In this document: positions 24,700 through 37,105 of the stretch, piece after piece
Numbering within the stretch: the stretch's first letter is position 1
Layout: each line of letters begins with the position of its first letter
NCBI GenBank assembly: GCA_013239625.1
Contig: MU053557.1
Span: 5,095,842-5,159,841 of the forward strand
DNA length: 64,000 nucleotides
Source of the DNA: Lama guanicoe
Lineage: Eukaryota
Direction: 5' to 3'
Program-made: the position numbers and the translations under genes
The notes under the pieces: generated by a model
The model's database searches: none
Told to the model about the DNA's origin: nothing
Seen by the model: only the letters and a program-made list of their open reading frames with translations

Positions 24700-25030
24700 A
24701 CCCTACCGATATTTAATGCCCGTTTCCTGTGCTTGGACAAGGGGACGCAGCAGTGAGCTGGGCCCAGTCCTGACTGCGGGGAGCTGACATGGGGAAGCAG
24801 AAAATAAACATGATTTCAGCTAGTGATAAACCCTGAGAAGAGAATAAATAAGACATGGACTTGTGATGGAGATTGTGAGCTGCATCAGAGAGGACAGTCC
24901 GGAAGGCCTCCCTCTGAGGTGGTACTCGTGCGGAGGCCTGAGAAATCAAAACGGCATCACCTTTTGGGGAAAAGGTGTTCTGGGCAGTGGAAGCAGCAAG
25001 GGCAAAGGCCTTGAGCAGCTGACCTGGTCT
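24700..25030 (-). mobile_element. L2 fragment
   Basis: ggaaggcctccctctgaggtggt...gttctgggcagtggaagcagcaagggcaaaggccttgag. Confidence 0.6.
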
Positions 25031-26901
25031 TCCCCATGTATACCCACTACTTGTGCAGACAGGATCCAAGGGAGGCTGCGTAGAGACCTGGTGTGTTTGA
25101 GCATCTTTTCAGAGCAGGTGATGTGCTAGTTATAAATCAGAGCAGGCCTTGCTTGAGGGGATCCGCGCGGGAGAGCTGAGAGAATGAATGAATGTATTTT
25201 AGACCATCACTTGAGCTACAGTGTTTCTTTGAAATGAGTAAATGAGTAAAATGCATGAGGCCTTTCCAAGTTGCAGAATCGAAGCCTTCTCCGACTCAGA
25301 GCTACTGCTCTGGCAGGCTGTCCTCACCGGTGGGGGCTTCCTCGCTGGCTCTCCATCTAATGGTGTCAGCGTCCTCAGGCACCCGCGACTCAAAGTCAAT
25401 TTCCGCTCTTGGATCTGCGATTTAACGCCCGGCTGCACAGAGGGCTGCAGAGAGTCGAGGTCAGTGGGGCTAATTGGGTTGCTTAATAAAAGGGGGTTTC
25501 TTAGGATTGGAATAGCTGGGCCTGGGGCAGGGCGAGACAAGGGGCTAGGCCCTGAGGAGGAGGGGAGGCTCGGCCAGAGGGGTCCGCTGGTCATAGAGCT
25601 GGAGTGACAGGTTAATGTGGAGGCCTTGGACTCCCATGGACACTGCTGCCCTGGGAGGGAGTCTCGCTGCCCTAGCAGTTTGTGTTCTAGAAAAAGACCA
25701 GTGGACACCTTGGGGCATTTTTTTGGCCTGGATTAATTACTCCTAGCTGCGGTCTGGGTGGTGGGGACCTTTTCTCCTTCCCTCCCCCTCATACCATGAC
25801 CCTTGCCCCCCCCCATCCCATACATAGTAATGTGTGGTCAGGGCCAGCTGGCCTTGCGGACATGTCTACCACGTGATGGCCTTGGGAGGGTACAGCTCAC
25901 GGTGGTAAGGCTATACACTCAACCAACTCATGTCCGACTGTGGGGTGATCTCTGGCTGGGTAGCCCTGTCCTTGGGACAAATCCAGCCTCTTCCTCGTTC
26001 TAGATCAGAATTCAGTTATTCATCCATTCACTCATTCACTTCATCAAACGTATATCCTTCCGTTTATGTGTTTATTCAACAAATGCTGAGCCATAGCCTG
26101 TGCCGGACTCTGTGTTGGGTGCTAGGGGCACAGTCTCAACAGGATAGACGGTCCCCGCTGTCTGAGAGCTCAGAGTCCTCCAGGAGAGGAAGAAGTGGAC
26201 TTGTGCATTGCACGCACCATCATTGTGATTATGCTTGTCATCGAGCGGTCAGTTACTGTTGTGAGGCAGACCTGGCTGGGGGGATCCAGATCCAGGTGGG
26301 ATCTCCCAGGTGATCATGTGCTGGTGCAGGTGCCACCTTCTGTGAGCAGAGTTCCTACCTGGGAGCTCATTGCTGTGGGGACTTAAAGATGTCCGCGGGC
26401 CAGTTTGGTCCATGTGCTTCAGCCTTCCTTCAAGGCTCCAAGGTGTCTTGTGTCTCTACTTTCAGGTCATATCCTGCTTTTTAATTTTAATTTGACAAAT
26501 ATTTAAATAATGGTAAATATTTATAATTTATAATAATATTTTATTTTTCACATTTTACTTCCAGTTTTAAAGCAGACATAATTAAAGAATTGGCCATTAA
26601 TTTTATACGTTCACAGTTCCTCTGATGCACATAAGAGTAACTTCTCCTGCTTTGTTTTTGAAATATAAAACAAAAATTTATTAACTTTTTTAAATTACGA
26701 GAGAATTAGATCTTTATTTGAAGAAAATCAGAGAGACAGATACGCCCTCAAAAAGGAAACCACCCATAATTTTACCATCTAGAAGTGACCACCGTGAATG
26801 TTTCTTTTGTCTTTCTTCCTGTAAACATTTTTCCTTGAAAAAAAAAATGAGATCATAATTGTGTTTGTAACTTTTTCACTTAGCATTATATTGGATAATA
26901 T

Positions 26902-26941
26902 ATCTTTATTAAGGTCTTATAAATCTTTATTAAGGTTTATA
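26902..26941 (+). repeat. Tandem duplication of about 21 bp
   Basis: atctttattaaggtcttata, then atctttattaaggtttata. Confidence 0.75.
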
Positions 26942-29900
26942 GATGGCCTTTTCCCTGGCCTAAACTTTTTAAACTCACCATTTTGATGCCAGCAGGGTGA
27001 CACTCCTCATGCACGTAGCTAGAGATTCTATTTTGTGGTTTGTTCTACAGAGTCAGTTATGTTTCCCTCATGACCTCAGGCAAATAATTGACTCCTGTTT
27101 GCCTCTTTATTTATTTGTAAAAGGGAGAAATTACTGTACCTCCTCTTGGAGTGGGTGTACAGGGTACACGAGCAGAGAGGCCTCGTGCCCAGAGAGTTCC
27201 ATACCGGCAGCTGCTGCCATGGAGCAGGAGGCGGAGGGGCTGGGTACCACCGTCCCCGATGCAGCGGCCAGGAGCTGGGGACCCTGAGACTTCAGTCACC
27301 TGCCTTCAGCAGCTGCTGACCAGAACTGAACTTGAGCAGCATAGAAACGAAAGCCGGGCTGCACCCTGGGCAGACGTGGGCCGGTTCAGTGTAAAGATAG
27401 AGTCCTTGCTCCTCCCCTTGTCCTCCCAAACCAGAGGAAGTGCATTTGGTTAAGAATGACCCACATCCGTCACCAGGCATGCTTCCAGCAGCAGCGAGGG
27501 CCAGCTGCAGGGCTGCTCCTGGGAGCTGGTGAAGGGTCTGACTGCCAAGAGCCCCTCCAGCTGGGGGCCACCCACACCTGCCCTTGATATTGAGGCTCAG
27601 GGGGACCGAGCTAGTGGCCCTCATCAGACAGTGTGTTAGTGGCAGAGCTGGGATTTGAACCAGAGATTTCCCACCACATTTTCTGTGTTAGATTCCTTCA
27701 CCCGTTGGGGTGGTGTGTCTATTATGTGCAAGGAGCTGCAGGGTGAGGTGGGGGTGGGGGGTCAGACAAAGAAGGGGTGCGGTCCTTGCTGAAACGATGC
27801 ACACATGTAATGCAGGAGGTGCTGCAAGGGCCCAGGATGCTGCCAGGAGGCCCACTGGTTCTTTGCCTCAGCATGCCCCGTGCTCTGTGAGCACGCAGAC
27901 CACATCCACCAGCAAGCAGCACACCGACGGAAGGTCGAGGCTGATGAGCCAGCCCAGTGAGGGAAGGAGAGCTGTGCTGATGCCACAGGGCTCTGGGTGG
28001 CAGTTCCCGGGAAGAATTGCTGGAGGTGGGACTGGAAGTTGGGCTGCCCCAGCCGCAGTGCCCCTGAAGCCAGGGGCAGGGCCTTGGCACTGAATAGTAG
28101 CTAAGGCAGGACTTTTGACTCGTGCCAACGTGAGTGTTGGGTCTGAGCATTCTGCCATTTAACAAGCTGTGTGACCTTGGGCAACTTGCTTGACTTTTCT
28201 GAGCCTCCTATCCCATTTAAAAGTGTACAAGACTAAAATGAGAATAAACTGACACACTCCAGCAGTCATGTGGTTATCACCACCAACTTCTCCGTTGTCA
28301 TCATCCCTCGTGGCAGTGGCAGCAGGTGTGTAGAAGTCTGGGACACACTTGGGATTGGCATTGCTTGGATGTCGCAGAGTGAAATGTAAGTGGAGCCCAA
28401 ATGCTATGCAAATATGACAGACACTGCCCTACTAACGATCTCACGCACCTGCCACACAGAGAAGAAAGCCACCGAGGCCTGCTGTGCCTGGCTGCCCCTT
28501 GAGAGTTGGAGTGGAGTCATTTCTGGAATTTGCCCCGAGGGGTAGCAGAATCCCATTTGACCTGGTCTCACGGTACATACCACGGTCCCAGCGAGCATTG
28601 TGCGAGAGCCTGCCCGTCCCTGAAGTGAAGATAAAAGGCTCATGCCCTGAACTGGGGGCAGGGTAGCGGGGAGCAGGAAGCCTTCTGGAATTGGGCATAT
28701 TTCCTGCTGCTCTAGTTATTAAAACAGCACGAGGCGTCTGGGGGTTTTGTTCAGTGACTGATGCTGGCTCAATGTCCGGCCCCTTCTCACACTCCGCAAC
28801 GCTGTTTTGATTTTGTGGGCCCTGGAGGACCTGCGTGGGGTCTAATCCAGCCTCTGTGGCTTATTAACTTGACAGGCTGCAGGCCCCTGCTGTCCTGAGT
28901 CCTGGTCCAGAATGAGGGCGCTCACCGCGTTATACCGCGGGCCCATGGATTCCAGCAGCACCCGTTCATCGTGGTGCTGTGAGGGAAAAACAGGATAACG
29001 TGTTTAAAGAGCTTAGCACAGTGCCTGTGACCGTGAGCACTCGTGTCCGCTGTCACAGCCAGGATTTCTGCCTCTGCCGGGCTGTTCCCTTAGCTCTGTC
29101 TACTCCCCATCCTGTTCTCTGGCCAGACCCTCGTCCTCCCTGGGTTCCTGTGGGGACTTGTGTGAGGTGATGGGTATAAAGTGCAAGTGACAAGCAGAGA
29201 GGCAGTTGGGGTGACTTAGGTCACGAGGCCCCCGCGGTGGCCTCCGCATGCCTCTCTGCTGACCCCAGCCTGACTCACCCTCTGAGGCCTCTCTAGTTGT
29301 CTCTCCCACTTCTTCCCCAAGCCCCAGCCCCCTCTTTTGTCCTGAGGAAGAATTCCGAGGCTCTCAGGAAGGGAAGAGATTTTTGAGGCCATGCCATCCA
29401 ACATCCTCCCGGGCAGGGCTGGGTTTCCTAGCTGCCACTTGTGCACACAGGACAGGGTGCGCTCTGTCTCTGGAGGACCCTGTTTTTTTAGGGGGGACAG
29501 TGTTGGGGACGTGTGGGTGGTGAGCTGAATCTGTAGCTTCTGTCCTCTGGCTCTCCCTGCGGGCTCTCCCTCCAGCCCCGTCGGGTCCCTTCAGAGAGGT
29601 GGCCCCTGCTTCGCCCCACCCCTCTTCCTGGCCCTGCAGCCTCCCTCCCTGTGGCCCTGGCCCTGCAGTTCCTAATCTGAATTCCTGGGGGAGCCACAGT
29701 GGAGCTCACTGTGGCCCCAGGTCCTGTGGTGACTCGAACTTTTTTTCCTGTTAAAGCTGTCGCTTATTTTGGCTCCTAAGCTGAATATAAGGCATCAAAC
29801 ACATGGTGTGTTTCTGTTTTTTTCCCTTGTTGTCAGGGGCCGCTGGTCTTGAAGCACGATTTCAGGGAGAAGGAGGGATGTTTTAGGTCTTTTATTAAGG

Positions 29901-32475
29901 GCCATTGCGCGCCGGGCCCCAAGTATGGCGAGGGGAGTGAATCCTGAGGATTCAGAGTGTGAGAGCGAGAGCCCGAAGGCCTCCAGAGACCATCTGTTCC
30001 TGGGGCTCTGACCGAAAAAGGGTCAGAGCCCTCACCATGGTCTCTGAAGATAGTATGGACTTGTTTTACCCAAGAATGCCAAAACAGAAAAGTGGGCACG
30101 TGATTTCATAGACTCTGAAAGCCAGGCTCAGGTCCCAGATAAGAACTTCTCTTTGAGTCTTTCCTCCTTCATTGTACAGACAGAGCAACTGAGGTCCAGA
30201 GTAGCACCCTCACACACCACAATTATTGGCAGAAGGGCAGAGGAGGCCAGACCAAACATGGAGACTGGAGATGGGTGGTGGGAGTTGGTTAAAGATATGG
30301 AACCTGTGACCTCATGGTGTTATCGCAACAGGCCCTGGTACAAGGATCACGTGGTCCTTGGCCAGTGAAGGTGCCAGACCAAGGGACACCAGGTGTTGGG
30401 TTGAAAAGATCTCAGATGCCACCGTGTCAGAATGTTCCGGGGGAGGAACCGAGGCCAGCAGGGGCAACTGGGATGAGGTCAGTACGTGTGAGTGAGTGAA
30501 CTGAGTTCGGAGCAGGACGAGGGTGGTCTGTTTGGCAATTTGGGGCAGCAAGTGAATCCGGTTATTTCATTTAAATAGCTAAGTTCTTATTTAAATGCAG
30601 ATTTGAGAAAATATAGCTGCTACGTATAACTCATTGAAGAGGTTAAATCTAAGGAGGAGAAAATGAGTGGATTTAAAGACACATATTAGGTTAAAAAAAA
30701 TAGGCGGGTACAGAGATGTGGTTAAACTCAGGCAGCTGGCGGGGGGGGACCTAGCACTGTGTGACCAGGGGCTGACAGATGTGACCAGGCTGAGTCCTAA
30801 GCCCTGAGGATGGGCTCCCCTCAGGGCAGAGCGGAAGACCTGAACATGCATGCCCTCTACTTCCCTCCTGGGGTGGGCTTCCAAGAATGGTGCAGAGAAG
30901 GAGGGACCCAGCAGGGGCGCTGGAGCTACTTACTGACTTTTCTCCAGGACCTGAGCTTTGGCCTCTTCCGGCCTGACGGAGCAGAACGGGCTTATAGCTG
31001 GAGCCCAAACATACAGGGCTGGGGTCTAGCTTACATTTCTTCTAGCTCTGTGGCTGAGAAAACAGGCAGGCAGTGCCTCATGCCCTGCTGATCTGTGAGA
31101 TAGAGGGGCTGGAAGAGCTGCCTGGGGCCTGTCCAGTGATGGGCTCAGTCAGGGTGTGGGTGCAGTCAGGATGGAGACCAGGGCTGCCAGTGTAGAAATG
31201 GTGGGAAAAGGTGGAGCTGCCCCACCCAGGAGGTTCAGCTGGTTAGAGCTAGGTCTGAAGGAGGTCCTCCGGGCCGTCCCTGTGCACCCCTGAATCAGCC
31301 CCATCCCCTGGCTTATTTCCTTCCCTGCACCCACCACCATGGGGATGATGTCTCATGCACTTATGCAGGTACTGCTTGCTGTCCCTCCCCTCACCTGAAT
31401 GTCTGTCAACTTCGTGTGGTGCTGGGGGAGGGAGAAATGCAAAAATGCAGGCGGAAAGTGCTTAGTAATGGAATTATAGTTATTGATAGTCAAAATGCAA
31501 GAAAAAGAGTTTCCCTCTAGGATTTGCTAGAGGGAAACCAACTGAAGTCTCTGTTCTAGAGGTAGGGAAGTGTTAAGGGGGTACCCCGAGATAGCTTGGA
31601 GCTGTCTTTTTAAGGCAGACTTATCTTATGGACGGAGAGGAGGGGAGCGCCTTCTCCTTCAGCTCTGTTTATTAAATGGAAGAACTACCTCCTTTAGATT
31701 AGGGAAGAACAGACACTAGAGGCCTCATATCGGCTCGGCTGGTGTTGCTTCCCTTCTGGGAGGCCCCTCCTGGGAGGATAATAATGCCAGCTTCTATGGG
31801 ATGGTTTTTAGGAATAAATGAGGTTAAGCACTTGACAGTACCTAGCAAATATTGCTCATTTTATTTAAGGCAGCTATTTTAAAATAAATTATTAAAAAAT
31901 GAATACATGTAGAAATGTATTGATTACTAATCTGTGACATGAGCAGAGGTATTATCTGACTCAGGCAAAACTTGGACCTTACAAGAGACTTACCATTGAG
32001 AAGTCTGCCACCTTGTGGCAGCTTACCCAAATTGCAGGTTCAGGGCTTTAAAAAAATTCTTTTAAATTTTTTCTTATATTTTAGTTTTGGCTTGAATGAG
32101 GTGGTCTGAAAGGAAATAAATCAGAAAATCTCAAGTTCTGTGGTTACACGGTCACCAGGAAGGACAAGCTAAAGTATCTTTACCAGGTTAACTAGAATAC
32201 CAGAGCTAACAGGGCCTTAATGATTCATTAATCTATATATTTAAAAGTATCACTTATTAAGCTCTTTCTTAATAAGCCAGGTAATTTGATTAGCACTTTG
32301 TGTACCTCCTTTTGTAGTCCTCGCTCATAGTAAGATCAAATGGTGCCATATTTCAAAAGAGGAAACTGAAGATCAAAAATAACTGATTCACCTGATGACA
32401 CACACCCCACCTCATACAGCAAAGCTGAAATTTAACAGGCAGTCTGATTACAAAGCTTGTGTGCAATCTTAACCT

Positions 32476-32972
32476 CTTTTTAAAAAATTATTTTTAAAAT
32501 TTCAAGTATGCATTATAGTATTATTGACTGTAGTTATCACACTTTACATGATATCCGCAGGACTTATTTTCTAACTGGAAGTTTTGCCTTTGACCATTTT
32601 CACTGATTCCCTTGTCCTGCCCCCACCCCCAGCCTCTGGCAACCACCAGTCTGCTCTCTGTATCTATGAGATTGGTTTTTTAGATTCCACACGTAAGTGA
32701 GATCATACTGTATTTCTCTTTCTCTGTCTGACTTATTTTACTTAGCATACTACCCTCAAGTTCCATTTGTGCTGTTGCAAACAGCAGGATTTCTTTTTTT
32801 TTTTTTTAATGGCCAAATAAGACTCCATGATACATCTTTATCCAGTCATCTGTCGATGGACACTTAGGTGTTTCCATGTCTTGGCTATTGTGAATGATAC
32901 TGCAGTGACCATGGGGGTGCAGATATCTTTTCAAGTTAGCGCCTTTGCTTCCTTCAGATAAATACCCAGAAG
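32476..32972 (-). mobile_element. L1 3' end (L1MA9/L1MB-like): 3' UTR plus ORF2 C-terminus
   Basis: cctctggcaaccaccagtctgctctctgtatctatgag...ttttagattccacacgtaagtgagatcata...gatggacacttagg...ttccatgtcttggctattgtgaat...ataaatacccagaagt. The minus-strand ORF 32806-33096 contains L1-like TPKCPSTDDWIKM. Confidence 0.9.
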
Positions 32973-34257
32973 TATTAATAATTTGCCTCACACCCAAGGC
33001 CAAGCCAAATATCTGTCCTGTTCCTGGATCCCAGAGGCTTTGTGGGCTGAACTCTTGGTTTCTGCCTGCAGCTGGCCTGAAGAAGCAGCGCATCACCCTA
33101 GGGCCTGGGTTTATGCCCTCAGGTCCTGCCTGTGTCCTTTACAGGGCATGATAGCACCTGTCATGATTTTGTTGGATCCCCTGAAGGCAGGTGTGAGACG
33201 TGGGAATTACTTGTTCTCCCACTTCCTGTCCCCCTCCTCCCGCAAATTCAGGTGGCTGGCCTCTTTGGGGAAGGTGGATGTTCTTAGAGTGACTCTGAGA
33301 GAAACAGGCTACCTGCTTGCACTTTGAGATTCTGAGTGTGGAACCGGCTTGGTGTGTTGCGGGGAGTGGGGTGGCAGGGGTGTGTGGAGGAAACAAAACC
33401 AGCATGTTCCTTTCCAAGTCAGTTTGACTGGTGGTGCTGGCCTGGCGTGGCTCGCGTGGCTGGCGTTGAGTGAGTGGAAGGCTGTCCTAGCAACTCCCTG
33501 GTCCCTGGCAAGGACGTCCCCTCATGCCAGGGGAGGAAGTCTGCCTGCGCTAGGAAACAACGGTCCTCTTTCTGTGAAGTTAGGCGTCTCGGCCCATTTC
33601 CCATGCGGGCCTGGCTCGGAGGGGAGGCTGTGCGTTGGGGTGTCAGGTTCACAGAAGTGCGCTCTGGGACCTGACAAGGTGCTTGAACAAGAGCCCACAA
33701 ACGCACTTCTGTGTCTCCAGCCTTTCCCCTGCTTCAGGAGATGTGGTCTGAGGGAGGCTGGCTGGAAAGTTTCCTTGGTAATAAAATAATTGTTTAGAAA
33801 TTTCGGGCTCCCAGAGGAAGAGTCTTCTTCCTGCTTTTTCCCCTGAGTCCACTGAGACACCAGGAAGCTTTGAGGATGTGTGGAGAGATGGCGTCAAGAC
33901 GTCTTACAAGCATGAGGAGGAGGGGCCTCAGACTTTATTAAAGGGTGGAGTCAGGTCTTAGACCTGCCGGGGACTCTAGAGACTCACTCCCAGTGTAGAG
34001 GAAGTCTAGAAATCTAGAACCCTCTCAAATCAGGAATTCATGGATATCTTTTGGTCTAACTTTTCAAAGTAAGAAAGCTCCCCTTAGCATCCCTGGAAAA
34101 TGCTGTACCCACTCAGCTGTCACCTCCACGGACAGAACATTCATTCCCACTGTGGGTATCCTGTTCCCTTTGGACATCTGACAGTTCCTTTCATTGAGAT
34201 AAACTCTGCTCCCCTGGAACTTTCTTGCATTTGTCTATATTCTTCTCCATGACATTT

Positions 34258-34411
34258 TTTTTAAACTCTTTAAAAATTTTTTATTTACTTTTTTGGGCGG
34301 GAGGTAATTAGGTTTATTTATTTACTTACATTTAGAGGAGGTACTGGGAATTGAGCCCAAGACCTTGTGCATGCTAAGCATGCACTTTATTACTTGAGCC
34401 ATACCCTCCCC
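34258..34411 (-). mobile_element. Camelid-type tRNA-derived SINE (Vic-1-like), long form
   Basis: Reverse complement reads GGGGAGGGTATGGCTCAAGT...GCATGCTTAGCATGCACAAGGTCTTGGGCTCAATTCCCAGTACCTCC...AAATAAACCTAATTACCTCCC, with A/B boxes. Degenerate TSD: ttctccatgacattt (34243) and ttctccaaaacatct (34413). Confidence 0.85.
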
Positions 34412-34631
34412 ATTCTCCAAAACATCTTATGATTCTTCCTGACATGTGATAATCAAGATGGCTAAATGATAAACTGCAGGGGAGGTGGTTCTCACTGGGA
34501 CCAGAAGCCCATTGAGGGTGGGGGAATGAGCACTGCCTGTCCTTGGGTCTGTCCCCACAGTTGAGGGACCGCTGGCCACTCCCTTCTTCCGGGCTTCCAT
34601 TTCTTCACTTATACATTGAGCTAAGTAAGGT

Positions 34632-35090
34632 TGTATGAGCTTCCTGTTGCTGCTGTAACAAATGAACACAAACTCTGTGGCTTACAACAGCACAGATTTA
34701 CTATCTGACAGTTCCGGAGGTCAGAAGTCCAAAATGGGTCTCACTGTGATTACATCAATGGTGGGGCTGCATTCCTTCCCAGAGGATCTAGGTCAGTATC
34801 TGTTTTCTTGCCTTTTCCAATTTCTAGAGGCTTCTCACATTCCTTGGCTGGCAGTCACATTGCTCTGACCTCTGCTTCTATCATCACATCTTTTTTGATC
34901 TGACTCTCCTGCCTCCCTCTTAGAAAAACCCTTGCAATTACATGGAACCTACCCAGATCATCCAGGATAATCTCCCCATCTTGAGATCCTTAAGTTTTAA
35001 TCACCTCTGCAAAATCCCTGTAAGATAACATAGTCACAGGTTCGGGGGATTTGGACTTGGACGTCTTAGGGAGACATTACTCCATCTCCA
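34632..35090 (-). mobile_element. MaLR solo LTR (MLT1C/D-like)
   Basis: tgctgctgtaacaaat...cagttccggaggtcagaagtccaaaatgggtctcactg...cccagatcatccaggataatctccccatct...ttaatcacctctgcaaaatccct. Confidence 0.85.
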
Positions 35091-36428
35091 GAGCCCCCTC
35101 AGCTCTGTGACAGCTCAGCCGTCCCCCTCTGCTGCACTGCAGGGTTGCAGGAACCCCCTGCCTTCTTGTTGGGTCTGATTCGTAATGGGGAGAAATGCTG
35201 CAGTCCTTCTCCAGCTGTCAAATTCTGTTCATTTCTTATGAGTCAAGTTAAAAAAAAAAAAGAGAGAGACCTAACTTTTACCTTTCCAGAAACCAGATTT
35301 CTATTGTCTGGTAGCCCTTCAAGGTCCAAAGCAATATGAGATATCTCTGCCCTCAGAGAAGTTGATCATCCAGTTAGAGGAAGACGTAGGTGCCCAGGTA
35401 AAGTCAAGATGTTTTACCTCAAGGCAGTTTTTAGCTGTGTGACATTGGACAAGTTACTTAATACCTTGAAGGCTCGGATTCTTCATCTGTTAAGTGAAAA
35501 TAGTAGTACCTTCCTTTCCCCCCAAGGGTGTGTTAGGACTTAAAAATCAGAGACTGTTATGGAAATACAAAGATTTACTGGAACAGCGTGAGATACTTTG
35601 AGGGATACTGAAACAGTCATAAGGACTTAGGTAATTATGTGTGTTACCAAATTGTTATCAGGGCAGGGCTAGCTATGCTTTATAGTTTGTGGAAGAGATG
35701 AGGACCCTGGCTTTGACGGACCATCATCATCAAGCAAGAAATTTTATATTCTAGAACCTTAAAGAAATTAGATGACTGGTTTGCTGAGGTGAAGTACAAA
35801 TGGAGGTCTCAGCCTGCATCCTGGGGGCTGCGCACACGCGTGGATGCCCTGGCACCAGGTCTAAACTCCACCCGCCGTCTCCCTTGCAGATGATCATGCT
35901 GAGTCACCCTTTGGGCCTCGGAGTGTCTACACGGCATGTGGTCATCCTCTGGATGAAGGATCCAGCAGAGAGGCCTGCCTGGGCCCTGGACGTGGGCTCA
36001 GGGCCATTTAGGCAGCTCATAAATGGGGGAGGGGGGCTGCTGGAGGAGGGCCGGCACCATGCCCTCTAAGAAGCACAGCGCAGAGCAGGAGCCCTGACTG
36101 TAGATCTGAAGGGCTACTGGGGACGCTCGGGGACACTCTAGACAGGCATGTGGGCAAAGGTACGGAGGTGGGAGCTGGCAGCGTGTGGTCTTGGATCTAT
36201 GAGGTCAGATTTGGGGGGTGGAGATGAATCCAGTCAAAAGCATAGAGTACCAGGGACCCCCTATCATGCGGCGCTGTGCGCCACGTAGATCGTAGCAGGA
36301 GAGGTGGTTTCTTTCCCTCTGCTAGTTTTGCGTAGAAAGACGCAGCAAGTGGCATTCCTTTTTCCTTCTTCTGTTTGCCTGCCTGGCAGCTCTGAGTAGA
36401 AACTGCTGTACTTCGTCTTCCTTACATT

Positions 36429-36565
36429 CAGTGGTGTCCTGGTAAGTGTGTAACTCAGGCTCTGGGGTGGGGGGGGATCCCTATTTTTTTAGGTTTGCCC
36501 ATTTCCATGATGTAAATTTCCCACCCACGGCCGATTTCACGTTACCAATGTCATGCCCGTGAACG
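36429..36565. mobile_element. MER63-like hAT DNA transposon fragment
   Basis: cagtggtgtcctggtaa terminal repeat and tttgcccatttccatgatgtaaat...ggccgatttcacgttaccaa. Confidence 0.65.
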
Positions 36566-36749
36566 ATCTCTCCAAGTGACTCCAGCTTTCATTTGCTTTA
36601 TGTTCTCATTTTAATCCTTAAATAACACCACGAATTAGGTGCTATCATCCCAGATTTACAGAGGGGAAACAGGCTCGGAGAAGTCAAGTTTTGTAACCCA
36701 GGCCTGGCAGTCTTCCAAATCTATGGGCACTGTACCACGCCTTTCCCCC

Positions 36750-37105
36750 TGTTACGGACTGAATTGCATCCGTCCCCAAATCCGTATGCTGAAGCCCCAA
36801 ACCCCAGTGTGACTGTATTTGGAGGTGGGGGCTTGTAAGGAGGTAATTAAGGTTAAATGAAGTCATAAAGCTAGGCCCTCATCGGATGGGACTGGAGTCC
36901 TGATAAGAAGATGAAGAGGCACCAGAGGTCTCTCTCCACACTTAGAGAAAAGACCGCCTGTGAGCCAAGAAGAGAGGTCTCACCAGAAGCCAGCCCTGCT
37001 GGCACCTTGATCTTGGACTTGGAGCCTCCAGAACTGTGAGAAAATAAATTCTGTTGTTCGAGCCACCCCATTCTGTGACATTTTATAATGCATTCTAGTA
37101 ATATA
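36750..37105 (+). mobile_element. MaLR solo LTR (MLT1A/B-like)
   Basis: tgttacggactgaattg...gtgtgactgtatttggag...aggtaattaaggttaaatga...ctgctggcaccttgatcttggactt...cctccagaactgtgagaaaataaatt. Confidence 0.88.

Noticed and set aside
28004..28013. STAT6-type TTCCCGGGAA
   Set aside because: A single short motif expected by chance in 64 kb, despite the known STAT6 link to PGC-1beta.
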